DNA of 42,084 nucleotides from an uncultured Patescibacteria group bacterium (GCA_937921305.1 CAKZSU010000006.1:136646-178729), one strand, 5' to 3'. Numbered from the stretch's first letter, positions 29,036-38,128 are shown. A program made the numbers and translations. The notes: generated by a model from the letters alone, not told the origin.

Positions 29036-29134
29036 ATGCTTCTTCTAGCGTAACAAAAACATATTAAAAACACACCAGGAAAGCAAAGAAAGAAAATTCG
29101 GAGATAACCATTTAGTAATGGATAGAAAAATCCC

Positions 29135-30139
29135 TTAAAGATGAAACTTGTCTTTTAATTGTTGAATATATGCGTTACGCTGTTCTTGATGAGAATCAAG
29201 ATTGTATGAAGCGTCCAATAATTCATCAAGAGAAACAACATATCTTCCTGAACAAACATCTTCACCGAGACATATCTTTTTTATCGTTGTTGCCACAACA
29301 CCTCCAGCGATTGTCGCCGTCGCGCCAAGCTGAGGCCATGTCGGCAATGTTTCTCCTATTTGCACTATGGAAGCAAGCATTCTCTCGCTGTTATGATCAA
29401 ACCCCACAAGCTGAATGATGCATCGTCGTTTCTCATCTATTGAGAGCTTTTGAATATTTTTTATAATTTCTTCATCAATCCTTCCCAAAAACGGCTTCGG
29501 CATTGGATCTCTATCATATCGTTCAATATCAAGAATTACATTGTCTCCAACATCGGCAGCGCTTACCAAAGGAATTCTTTTCTTTTTTGCCATCATTCGC
29601 AAAAATACTTTTCCTTCGATATCATCAATTGCATCGATAATGCAATGGACTTCTGGATCATGAAACATTGTTTGCATATGAGAAACATCATCAAAATGAA
29701 TAACTTCAGCAAAAGGATTGATTTTAAGCAAAGTCTCTCTTACAACATTTACTTTTTTTCTTCCAACATCATCCCATCCACATCGCAATCTATTTAAGTT
29801 TGACGGATCTATCGTATCGGGATCCAAAATTTTTACCCTTTTTGCTCGCGACTCCATCATCCATGTGATAACAGCGTGACTCCCCACGCTTAACCCAAAA
29901 CATGCCACAATGAAATCTTGTAATCGTTTTTGCTCTTCAACCGTAATAAGATTTCTATTTCTCAATGTTGAAACAACAGTATAAACTTCTTCGTCTTCCT
30001 CAAGTTTTTTAAATCCACAAGCAATGTCTTGATCGCCAACATAATCATTGACGATCCGATCAAGAATGCTTCGCGAGTCTGAATCGACCATCGCGCTTTT
30101 TTGAAGATCTTTCATCAACGCAGAATATTTCGTTTTCAT
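29135..30139 (-). CDS. ThiF/E1-like adenylyltransferase, Rv1355c-like, without a nitroreductase domain
   Basis: RNRNLITVEEQKRL, FGLSVGS, DPDTIDPSNLNR, DIERYD, TWPQLG, SGRYVVSLD. Confidence 0.8.
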   Translation of the reverse strand: MKTKYSALMKDLQKSAMVDSDSRSILDRIVNDYVGDQDIACGFKKLEEDEEVYTVVSTLRNRNLITVEEQKRLQDFIVACFGLSVGSHAVITWMMESRAKRVKILDPDTIDPSNLNRLRCGWDDVGRKKVNVVRETLLKINPFAEVIHFDDVSHMQTMFHDPEVHCIIDAIDDIEGKVFLRMMAKKKRIPLVSAADVGDNVILDIERYDRDPMPKPFLGRIDEEIIKNIQKLSIDEKRRCIIQLVGFDHNSERMLASIVQIGETLPTWPQLGATATIAGGVVATTIKKICLGEDVCSGRYVVSLDELLDASYNLDSHQEQRNAYIQQLKDKFHL

Positions 30140-30142
30140 ACG

Positions 30143-31588
30143 TTATGCTGTTTTCTTTACTTTATTTAACGGAAAATATTGTTCATCGCTATGTTCATGA
30201 ACATGAATTATTGGATAAACTTTTTCTTTTAATGCTCCTAGAATATACGCATACTCCTTATTTAGTTTGCTCACTTCTTCAATGAAAACTTTCTGAATTC
30301 GTTTCATAAGATCAGCGCGCGGCGAAACATCTTTTTTCAATTCCACTCTGCAAACCAATACTTGTTGATGTGATTCATCTTCTTGAATTTCAAGCAAAAA
30401 TCTTCCAGAGATATATTGCTGAAGTTGTTCGTTATCAAATGCTTGCTGGACATGATCAACATAAATATTCGCTCCATACAGTTTAACCATAAACTTGCTT
30501 CTTCCAAACAGATATATCATGGGAAATTTCGGCAAGTCTATACTATGTGACGCAGAAAACAATCCCATTCGTTCTTGATCAACAACACCGCCCTCATCCT
30601 GAATATTATACCGAATCAACGGACACCCCATGTCTTTGGTAATAACAATCGTCCTTTCTTGACCTTCAAGATAAATCAACCGCGGATCAAAACAATATAA
30701 AGACGGCATTCTTGTGTCAGAAAAAAGATTTTCCCACGCGTGTTTTTCAAATACTTTCCTTCGTATCTCAATAGACTCTGGTGTTTCAAATCCCATCAAC
30801 GACGCGTCTGCCGATCCATACAAATTAATAATCGTTCGAGTGTGCGAATCGGCATGAATCATTCGAAGAAGATATGATCGCCATTGTTCAGTGATTCCTT
30901 GACCTGATCCCAATAATTTAATATGAAGCGACGAAAGATTAACATGTTGACGATCTGCTTCATCAATAATTTCCTTCAAAAATGGCGTGTGCCCGCAAAG
31001 AATTGTTTGATCAAATTGCGGAGATATGTCTCGAAGAATTTCGATGACATGATCTAACGAATATCCCGGCGTCATGATGGTCAAGGGATATCCCTTCCAG
31101 GAAACAAGATTCGCGCATGCAAGCGTAAATGTGCCAGCAATCCAATTTCCCATTGCAAAACCATTAATAAATAGCGTTCGCTTTTCATGAACAAAAAAAA
31201 TCGATCGAAAAATATACTCATGAATTTTCGCTCCATCTATCTCATGATTCAATGATCGCGGCCAATAATGTGCGCTTCCTGTTGTTCCAGAGCTTGTTGA
31301 AATCATCTGTACATCTTGATAGCTCCCATCCCACAGACGATCTCCTTCTGGATAGCGTTCTATATAATTTTCTTTAGATGTTTGAGGAATAGAAGAAAAA
31401 TCATTGATTGATCGAATCTTTGTATGATCAATATGATGAGATCGTAAAAACGCTTTATAGGCAGGGACTCGTTGTGCTGCTTCATGAAACAGTCGAAGCG
31501 CCTTTCTGGCTCCGATTTTTTGCATCACATCTTCGGGAGCATAAGGAGGAGCATTAAACCAATCAACGAGTCTCTTTTTATTCATCAT
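30143..31588 (-). CDS. Phenylacetate-CoA ligase (PaaK)-like ANL-family ligase
   Basis: RVPAY, STSSGTTG P-loop, FAMGNWIAG, NLYGSAD, PLIRYNIQD, FGRSK, GANIY. ATG at 31588 overlaps the lyase stop. Confidence 0.85.
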   Translation of the reverse strand: MMNKKRLVDWFNAPPYAPEDVMQKIGARKALRLFHEAAQRVPAYKAFLRSHHIDHTKIRSINDFSSIPQTSKENYIERYPEGDRLWDGSYQDVQMISTSSGTTGSAHYWPRSLNHEIDGAKIHEYIFRSIFFVHEKRTLFINGFAMGNWIAGTFTLACANLVSWKGYPLTIMTPGYSLDHVIEILRDISPQFDQTILCGHTPFLKEIIDEADRQHVNLSSLHIKLLGSGQGITEQWRSYLLRMIHADSHTRTIINLYGSADASLMGFETPESIEIRRKVFEKHAWENLFSDTRMPSLYCFDPRLIYLEGQERTIVITKDMGCPLIRYNIQDEGGVVDQERMGLFSASHSIDLPKFPMIYLFGRSKFMVKLYGANIYVDHVQQAFDNEQLQQYISGRFLLEIQEDESHQQVLVCRVELKKDVSPRADLMKRIQKVFIEEVSKLNKEYAYILGALKEKVYPIIHVHEHSDEQYFPLNKVKKTA

Positions 31589-33266
31589 ATTTTCCAAACT
31601 CGTTAAATACTGCTTTTCGAAGCATCTCGTTTATTTTTCCTGATTCGATTTCTTGATAGATTCGCTCTATGTCTTGATTCAAAGGGCGTTCTTCTTTTAC
31701 ATAGGAAACAATCGAACGAATATATTCATACATTGGACGCGTCCTCGGAGAAAGCAGTGATACCCCTTCGCGAAGATCAACTGCTTGAGCAATCGCAATC
31801 GCGTTCATCGCCAAAGAATATCGCAAAACACGAAGTCCCTCCCACGCAAAAAGAGCCGATGTTAATGAATGTGGCGTTATATCTTGATTGTGCTCCTCAT
31901 GAATGCCAAACATCGTTGTCACGGGATTCGCCAACAACATTGAATACACATCGAACATTCCCGACTGAAGCTGAACTCCCTTAAACGCGCACTGAGAGAT
32001 TGCCGATGAATCAGATAAATTCGCGGGGAGACCATTATTTAAATGAGGATTTAATAATCGATGCAATTGACGATCATTTCGCTTAATCAATCTTGTGATA
32101 ATTTTTCTCATTATATCTATGACTTCCCCCATGTGCATGGCAAAAAAATTTCCTCCGCTGACCCATTGCCAAGGTTCTTCCCCATCGACAGCATGTTCTG
32201 GCGTTACCCATAATGGATTGTCAGACACAGAATTTGCGTTAATGGTGATCGTCTCCAATGCCCAAGCGAGAAATTCTCTATTCACCGCTTCCGATTGCGG
32301 CAAACATCGAAGACTATACGCATCCTGGACCGATACGCCTTTTGGACGTTCTTGTTGTCCCTGTAGTTCCTGATATGCAAGTTTGCTTCCATGAAGCAAG
32401 TAACGATAAACTTTTGCTACTTCTTGCTGGCCTCTATGCGGACGAACATTTCCAAGAAATGGATGAAATGGACGCGTGCTCCCTCGAAGAACTTCAACCA
32501 TCATCGCTCCCAACACATCTGCAATCAACTGAAGACGCAACACATCAACAGCAATAAGCGTCGCCGCTGCTGTTGAAAAATTGTCTCCATTAACTAATCC
32601 AAGTCCAGCTTTTGGATCCAATTCTAGCTTCGGAATCTTATGATGCTTCAATGTCGTTCTCGCTGGCTTTTTCTGTCCATCGGCATCCCACACAAATACT
32701 CCATCTAGCTGACGCGCCGCGCTTACCACCCTGCTATTATGAGCAAGATCGCCAGACGCGCCAAGACCTCCATATGCATTCACAACCGGAATGATATCTT
32801 TGTTGAGCATTTGACGAAAGATATCAAGATCGGAAAGCTTCACAGCGCTTACTCCATGCAACAACATATTCATGCGAATCACCATGGCGGCGCGAACAAC
32901 TTCTTTTGGCAATATCGGTCCCACAGTAACATCCGTATGAACAATACTTTTTGAAATTTTCTGAGCAAATAATATTCGATCACTCGCTTCTCCTTCATTC
33001 ACAACATGGCCAGCTCTTGCCCCATACCCTGTGTTGCATCCATAAACAGGAACACCATCAATGACATTTTGCATCATCCGTTGATATGATTCTTCCACCC
33101 TTTTTAAAACAATAGGATTATCAGTAAACTCAATAGGAATTTTCTGATGCGCGACAGCAATAATATCTCGAACATGAAGAGTGGTTCCATCTAAAATAAT
33201 AAGAAAAGGAGGTAGAGCGATATCACGATCAATCTCAATGAGCGTTTTTTCTTTATATGTGCTCAT
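31578..33266 (-). CDS. MIO-dependent aromatic amino-acid ammonia-lyase/aminomutase (HAL/PAL/TAL family)
   Basis: VYGCNTGYG, GLGASGDLAH (ASG MIO triad, 32751-32759), KAGLGLVNG, QDAYSLRCLPQ, NSVSDNP, SGGNF, NNGLP, HNQD. ATG at 33266. Confidence 0.92.
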   Translation of the reverse strand: MSTYKEKTLIEIDRDIALPPFLIILDGTTLHVRDIIAVAHQKIPIEFTDNPIVLKRVEESYQRMMQNVIDGVPVYGCNTGYGARAGHVVNEGEASDRILFAQKISKSIVHTDVTVGPILPKEVVRAAMVIRMNMLLHGVSAVKLSDLDIFRQMLNKDIIPVVNAYGGLGASGDLAHNSRVVSAARQLDGVFVWDADGQKKPARTTLKHHKIPKLELDPKAGLGLVNGDNFSTAAATLIAVDVLRLQLIADVLGAMMVEVLRGSTRPFHPFLGNVRPHRGQQEVAKVYRYLLHGSKLAYQELQGQQERPKGVSVQDAYSLRCLPQSEAVNREFLAWALETITINANSVSDNPLWVTPEHAVDGEEPWQWVSGGNFFAMHMGEVIDIMRKIITRLIKRNDRQLHRLLNPHLNNGLPANLSDSSAISQCAFKGVQLQSGMFDVYSMLLANPVTTMFGIHEEHNQDITPHSLTSALFAWEGLRVLRYSLAMNAIAIAQAVDLREGVSLLSPRTRPMYEYIRSIVSYVKEERPLNQDIERIYQEIESGKINEMLRKAVFNEFGKYDE

Positions 33267-33331
33267 AATATTTTTTATATTGTATATCAAAATCAATATA
33301 AGTAAATACAACGTATTCAATATTGCTACTT

Positions 33332-33340
33332 TGATATAAT
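33332..33340 (+). promoter_or_regulatory. Extended -10 promoter of rnpB
   Basis: TGATATAAT, ending 6 nt before the P1 helix. Confidence 0.6.
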
Positions 33341-33346
33341 AGTATT

Positions 33347-33755
33347 GCCACCAAAACCCGATCCCTCACCTCTGGAAGAAAAATATCTTTTGGGGGAGGA
33401 AAGTCCAGACAGCACCATGGAGGGGACGGAACGCAAGTTCCGACTCGCGCAACATGCGAGATAGTGTCTTTATTGCGAAAGCGATGAAGAACGATTCCTG
33501 AATTGACAGGATGAGAGAGCCACAGAGACGAGCGAAAGCCTACGTCCAAACTTGGATATGGCTGACGAGTGAAACGAGTCTTCATATCAAAATTCCTTGA
33601 TATGAAGCATGGCAATCCCACCCGCTGCAACCGGCGAATTCATTGCAAAAATCCGATCCATGGCGGAGTCAATGAGAAGCATACGGGCATGAGAGAAATG
33701 AGGGGTTATTCACAATCGTGAAAAAACAGAATCTGGCTTACGAGGTTTTGGTGGC
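33347..33755 (+). ncRNA. rnpB: RNase P RNA
   Basis: GAGGAAAGTCCAGA and ACAGAATCTGGCTTA (P4 halves, compensatory pairing). P1 GCCACCAAAACC/GGTTTTGGTGGC, P2 CCCTCA/TGAGGG. Confidence 0.93.
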
Positions 33756-34733
33756 GCTTTGACTAACTTGTTTCTTCGATAAAACATGCTCAATAATTAT
33801 CTGGCCGGTCACAACGATTGGAACGGCCAAAAACGCCCCCATAACACCTTCAAATCGAGAGCCAATCATAAACGCAATGATAACAACAACCGGAGAGAGT
33901 CCAACGCTTCGCTTCATAACTTGTGGAACAATAAGATGATTTTCTAATTGTTGAATAATAAAATATAAAGCTGCGACAGACAGAGCCAAAAGTGGCGAAA
34001 CAGTAAAAGCTATGAGAATCGCTGGAATGGCACTTAACAGCGGACCGACAATTGGTAAGATTTCAAGAATTCCCGCCAACACCGCAAGCGGCAATGCGTA
34101 ATCAACACGAAGGAAAGAAAGGCCAATATATGTTACTACCCCGATAATAATCATCAACAACGCTTGTCCTCTTGCCCACGCGCCCAGTTTTTCTTCTAAT
34201 TTTTGAATAATCACTGTTATATCTTCAGCCATATGTTTAGGGACCCACTGATATATAGTCAATGCCAAGTGATTTCTCCCTAAAAGGAAATAAAAAGAAA
34301 AGACAAAAATCGTAATAAAGGTAATAATATTATTCACAAAGCGAACACTAAACTCAAAAATATTTCGTGTTATTGGAGCCAACTGACTAGTTAAAAATCC
34401 TTGATCAATATTTAATGAGGGAAGGATTGTTTCTGCTATACGAGGAATTCTTTGAATCAACAATGTTCCTTGAGCAACAAACTGAGGAATAAAACTCCCA
34501 AAAAATGCAACAATAAACCCAATGAGAGCGATATATACAAACAAAATTGCCAACACTCTCGGAATTCTGTAATTCGTTAACCATTCCACAGATGGCCGAA
34601 TGGCAGTGGCAAAAATAAATGAGATAAAAAGAAGATAAAGGATGTCTCGAATATGAAGGACAATCCACACACCAACAAGAACTCCAAGAATAAGAAAAAT
34701 CGTCCTGGGAGCAATATCAACAGTTCTATGCAT
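33738..34733 (-). CDS. AI-2E family transporter
   Basis: Multi-TM protein with WARGQ, EILPIVGP, IQQLENHLIVPQVM and LAVP. Confidence 0.9.
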   Translation of the reverse strand: MHRTVDIAPRTIFLILGVLVGVWIVLHIRDILYLLFISFIFATAIRPSVEWLTNYRIPRVLAILFVYIALIGFIVAFFGSFIPQFVAQGTLLIQRIPRIAETILPSLNIDQGFLTSQLAPITRNIFEFSVRFVNNIITFITIFVFSFYFLLGRNHLALTIYQWVPKHMAEDITVIIQKLEEKLGAWARGQALLMIIIGVVTYIGLSFLRVDYALPLAVLAGILEILPIVGPLLSAIPAILIAFTVSPLLALSVAALYFIIQQLENHLIVPQVMKRSVGLSPVVVIIAFMIGSRFEGVMGAFLAVPIVVTGQIIIEHVLSKKQVSQSATKTS

Positions 34734-34738
34734 ATGAA

Positions 34739-35647
34739 TTAAGAGGAAGTATACCACATATAAATGATTCGTTTCATATCTTCTTTATATCCTTCCTGAT
34801 TAATACAAAACCACCGAATATTCTGTTGTTTTTTAAACCATACCAATTGTCTTTTCGCGTACTGAATTTCATGACGAATCCATAACGCTATTGCTTCATT
34901 CTTGTGCTCATCGCTTGGGCTTTCCATGTAGCACTTCCATTCTTTATATCCAATCGTATTCATGGCTGGAAGATCCCATGTATATCCCATGGCAAGCAAT
35001 TGTTGTATCTCTTCTATAATTCCCTTATGAACACGATCCATAACGCGTTGAATAATTCGCTCTAAGAGATATTCTCCATCCGCAGTAAGACCTATTTGTA
35101 GGGTGTCAAATGATCGACGGTGATATTTAATATGCCGATTTTGATTCTCTTGCATAATCTCTATTTTACGTATCAATCGGCGTGGATTATTTCTGTCAGA
35201 ATTATTCATCATTTCCAAAACACTCTTCGGAACCATTTGTTGTAGTTCTTGAACAGACAAGTTTGCCAAACGACTTCGCAACGATTCATTTCTTGGAATA
35301 TTCACCGTGTCTATCCCCTCAACAAGCGCTTTTATGTATAATCCTGTGCCTCCGACAACAATCGGAAGCGAATTTTTTCTTTGGATTTCATAAATCAGCG
35401 ATACTGCAAGACGAAGAAAATGAGCAACAGAAAACTCTTCATCGGGATTCACTACATCATATAAATGAACACTACCTTTTCCATCTTTCCCTGTTCCTAT
35501 ATCCATGCCTCGATATACTTGTCTTGAATCAGCACTTATCACTTCTCCCTGAAACTCGCGAGCAATTTCAAGTGCAAAGTTCGTTTTTCCTGTTGCTGTT
35601 GGTCCAGTGACAACAAGAAGTTTGTTATGGCTACCTATATGTTCCAT
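34739..35647 (-). CDS. miaA: tRNA dimethylallyltransferase
   Basis: GPTATGKT, ISADSRQVYRGMDIGT, VGGTGLY, IGYKE, YAKRQ. Confidence 0.95.
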   Translation of the reverse strand: MEHIGSHNKLLVVTGPTATGKTNFALEIAREFQGEVISADSRQVYRGMDIGTGKDGKGSVHLYDVVNPDEEFSVAHFLRLAVSLIYEIQRKNSLPIVVGGTGLYIKALVEGIDTVNIPRNESLRSRLANLSVQELQQMVPKSVLEMMNNSDRNNPRRLIRKIEIMQENQNRHIKYHRRSFDTLQIGLTADGEYLLERIIQRVMDRVHKGIIEEIQQLLAMGYTWDLPAMNTIGYKEWKCYMESPSDEHKNEAIALWIRHEIQYAKRQLVWFKKQQNIRWFCINQEGYKEDMKRIIYMWYTSS

Positions 35648-36830
35648 TTCGAAGATTTGTTTTATTAATCATATCCTCAAGGATTTGCCATCGCCGCTTT
35701 TTTTCTTGATATGACACATCGTCTTTATACACTTTATGCGCAGCAGTCATGGGTCGATCGGAATACATCGCAATATACGCTTTAGAAAATCCCACTTTTT
35801 TACATAAATCAACCGTTTGTTGAAATTGTTCCTCTGTTTCTCCGCAAAATCCGACAATAATATCTGTGCTGATTGTCACGCCGGGAATGCGTTGCCGAAT
35901 TTTCTTTACCAATTCGATATACTCTTCTCTTGTGTACCATCGATTCATTTTTCGAAGCAACGCAGTATCTCCAGATTGGACAGGAAGATGAATATGTCGA
36001 GATATTTTTTTATTTCTTGCTATTGTTTCAATAAGATCGTCGGAAAAATCCCAAGGATTGCTTGAAATAAAATCGATCATTTCAATGCCATTAATATCGC
36101 AGAGCGTTTGTAAAAGATATGGAAACAATGTTGGAATTCTCAATCTTCCAAGATGTTTTACATATGTAACATGTTTTTGATCACCAGTATACGATGGAGA
36201 TTTTGGGAAAAATGTTTTCTCTGGGAGATCTCGGAGAACATGAACATTTTTTTCTCCAAGCAATAAATCAGCACCATACGAATTTACATTTTGACCGACA
36301 AGCGTAATACATCGATACCCTTGATTCGCAAGATCGCAAACTTCTCGAACGATATCATCAAATGGTCTGCTAATTTCTCTCCCTCGGGTAAAAGGAACAA
36401 CGCAAAACGCGCAAAAATTGTTGCATCCATTGGAAATTGGAACCCATGCGTGATCTCTGTCTGTTCGAATAGGAGCGTGATCGAATCCAACTTCTTCTAT
36501 GGGAAGAAATTCGTCAACCGCCGGCATTTTTTTTCGCAACGAATCTAACATCTTTCCTGTTTTATCTCGTACCGCCATACCCACCATGCATCCAGTAAGA
36601 ACGATTTTCATCTTCCTTCCTTTTTTCTTTTCTTCTGAGAGATTATGGATCACCCCATATACTCGATGCTCCGCTTTCGCGCGAATCATGCAAGTATTAA
36701 TTACTATATCATCCGCGTCGTCCATAAATTCAGCGCGGGTATATCCTCTTGCTTCATACAAAGACGCAATTCGCTCGCTATCCGCCTGATTTGCCGCGCA
36801 TCCAAATGTCTGAATAAAGTATTTCATCAT
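35631..36830 (-). CDS. miaB: MiaB-like radical SAM methylthiotransferase lacking the TRAM domain
   Basis: TFGCAAN, NTC, TGC, GCNNFCAFCVVP, GQNVNSYG, HLPVQSG, TDIIVGF. Adjacent to miaA. Confidence 0.85.
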   Translation of the reverse strand: MMKYFIQTFGCAANQADSERIASLYEARGYTRAEFMDDADDIVINTCMIRAKAEHRVYGVIHNLSEEKKKGRKMKIVLTGCMVGMAVRDKTGKMLDSLRKKMPAVDEFLPIEEVGFDHAPIRTDRDHAWVPISNGCNNFCAFCVVPFTRGREISRPFDDIVREVCDLANQGYRCITLVGQNVNSYGADLLLGEKNVHVLRDLPEKTFFPKSPSYTGDQKHVTYVKHLGRLRIPTLFPYLLQTLCDINGIEMIDFISSNPWDFSDDLIETIARNKKISRHIHLPVQSGDTALLRKMNRWYTREEYIELVKKIRQRIPGVTISTDIIVGFCGETEEQFQQTVDLCKKVGFSKAYIAMYSDRPMTAAHKVYKDDVSYQEKKRRWQILEDMINKTNLRNGTYR

Positions 36831-36925
36831 TGAAAATTTTACCAAAAAATTGATAGGAAAGGAAAAATTGCAAAAAGTAATCGTAGACTTTTGCATACCC
36901 TTACCATCTTCCGTCACTTGATGCC

Positions 36926-37001
36926 ATCATCCCAAACTTGTTTCAAGATCTAGGAAGAAATGAAGAAGACATTAATTTTTCAAACCGCCACTAGATGCTG
37001 A
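36926..37001. repeat. Further degenerate copy of the REP/MITE-like unit
   Basis: ATCATCCCAAACTTGTTTCAAGATCT (20/26 match to 16249-16274), with a truncated partner AGATGCTGA at 36993-37001. Confidence 0.55.
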
Positions 37002-37013
37002 TCTCGACGAAAA

Positions 37014-38036
37014 TTACTTCTTTCCAACAATGACACGGACATCGTAGGGAGCTGCTTCTGGAAGTGTTGTTTCAATTCTCCCAAGAGTGTAACCTTCTGA
37101 AAGATCTTCTTCCAGCATATCCCGAATTGCCAACTTTGATGATTTTACCAGAATTTCTGTTTCTTCATATGAATATGTTGATGCATTGCCAACATCAACA
37201 ACGGTATATCCTTTTTTTTCAAGAAATGATTTCATTTTTGACGCAGCCCCGACAACACCAGCTCCATTTTGCACTTGAATCTTTATATCTTTTTTATTGA
37301 CGGATACTGTTGGCGAAGGCGTTGGAGATGGTTTTGGCGTAATAGTAGGAGTGATTGACTTGTTCGAAACAACAGGAATAAACGATTGTTGATCAGTTCG
37401 TTGAGAAAAATTTGTGAAGAGAACTAATCCCCCGCCAACGCCAATCGCTATCGCAATCATGGTAATCGCCCACAATAAAAACCCTCTCGTTCTTCGTTGT
37501 TCATGAATTGTAATCTCAGGCATGACTCCGTCGGAACTCTTTCCAAAAAGCTCGGCCACTGTTTCTTTTCTTTTCTCTTCCGAACGCCATGATTGTTCCT
37601 CTTTATTTTCTAACGGTTGAACACTTTTCTGAGGATGACTATTTTCTTCTTCAGATGGAACAATATTTTCTTTTTGGTCTGTTGAATCAGAATATTCATC
37701 TTGATTCGATACAAAGTATCTTTCTTGATAGTTTTGATATTGCATACGATTTTGGATCTTATGTTCCAACTGATCCAGCAATGTTTCACGCAATTCCCGA
37801 GACAACTCTTCTTTAAGCTCTTGTTTCAGTTCTTTTTTAATTCTCTCTCGAAGATCTTCGATATTGTCTTGAGATTGTTGATCTGGGGAGATTACTTGCT
37901 CTTTCTCTTTTGGTTCTTCCATAACGAGCTCTACCACTTGCTGAAGAACCGGCTTTTGTCCTGCATCTTCGGATTCTTTTTCTGAATCAACAATAATTGT
38001 TGGAGAAAATGACGCTCGCTTTCTTTTTATTGCCAT
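37014..38036 (-). CDS. Bitopic membrane protein with a LytR C-terminal domain
   Basis: Charged cytoplasmic region, TM, Pro/Thr linker, then IQVQNGAGVVGAA...VGNA...DVRVIVGK. Confidence 0.85.
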   Translation of the reverse strand: MAIKRKRASFSPTIIVDSEKESEDAGQKPVLQQVVELVMEEPKEKEQVISPDQQSQDNIEDLRERIKKELKQELKEELSRELRETLLDQLEHKIQNRMQYQNYQERYFVSNQDEYSDSTDQKENIVPSEEENSHPQKSVQPLENKEEQSWRSEEKRKETVAELFGKSSDGVMPEITIHEQRRTRGFLLWAITMIAIAIGVGGGLVLFTNFSQRTDQQSFIPVVSNKSITPTITPKPSPTPSPTVSVNKKDIKIQVQNGAGVVGAASKMKSFLEKKGYTVVDVGNASTYSYEETEILVKSSKLAIRDMLEEDLSEGYTLGRIETTLPEAAPYDVRVIVGKK

Positions 38037-38069
38037 GACTATAGTATATAAAGATGAAAAATAAAAATA

Positions 38070-38110
38070 CAATAAGGAAATCCCTAAAATTTCATAGGAT
38101 TTCCTTATTG
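38070..38110 (-). terminator. Intrinsic terminator after hup
   Basis: 14-bp stem CAATAAGGAAATCC/GGATTTCCTTATTG followed by a T-rich tract on the minus strand. Confidence 0.75.
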
Positions 38111-38128
38111 CAATAGAAGCGCTTTTGT

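Noticed and set aside
31578-33266. Calling the lyase hutH
   Set aside because: The HAL-type SH signature is not evident and no other hut genes are nearby, so the substrate is unresolved.
29135-33346. Enzyme cassette as a mobile island integrated beside rnpB
   Set aside because: No integrase, flanking direct repeats or obvious compositional shift were seen.
33253-33630. 125-aa minus-strand ORF upstream of the lyase, considered as a precursor peptide or regulator
   Set aside because: It is mostly antisense to the RNase P RNA, which explains the sequence.
33738-34733. AI-2E transporter as exporter of the proposed signal
   Set aside because: It is separated from the cassette by rnpB and coupled to miaB-miaA. 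The family is widespread and its name does not establish the substrate.
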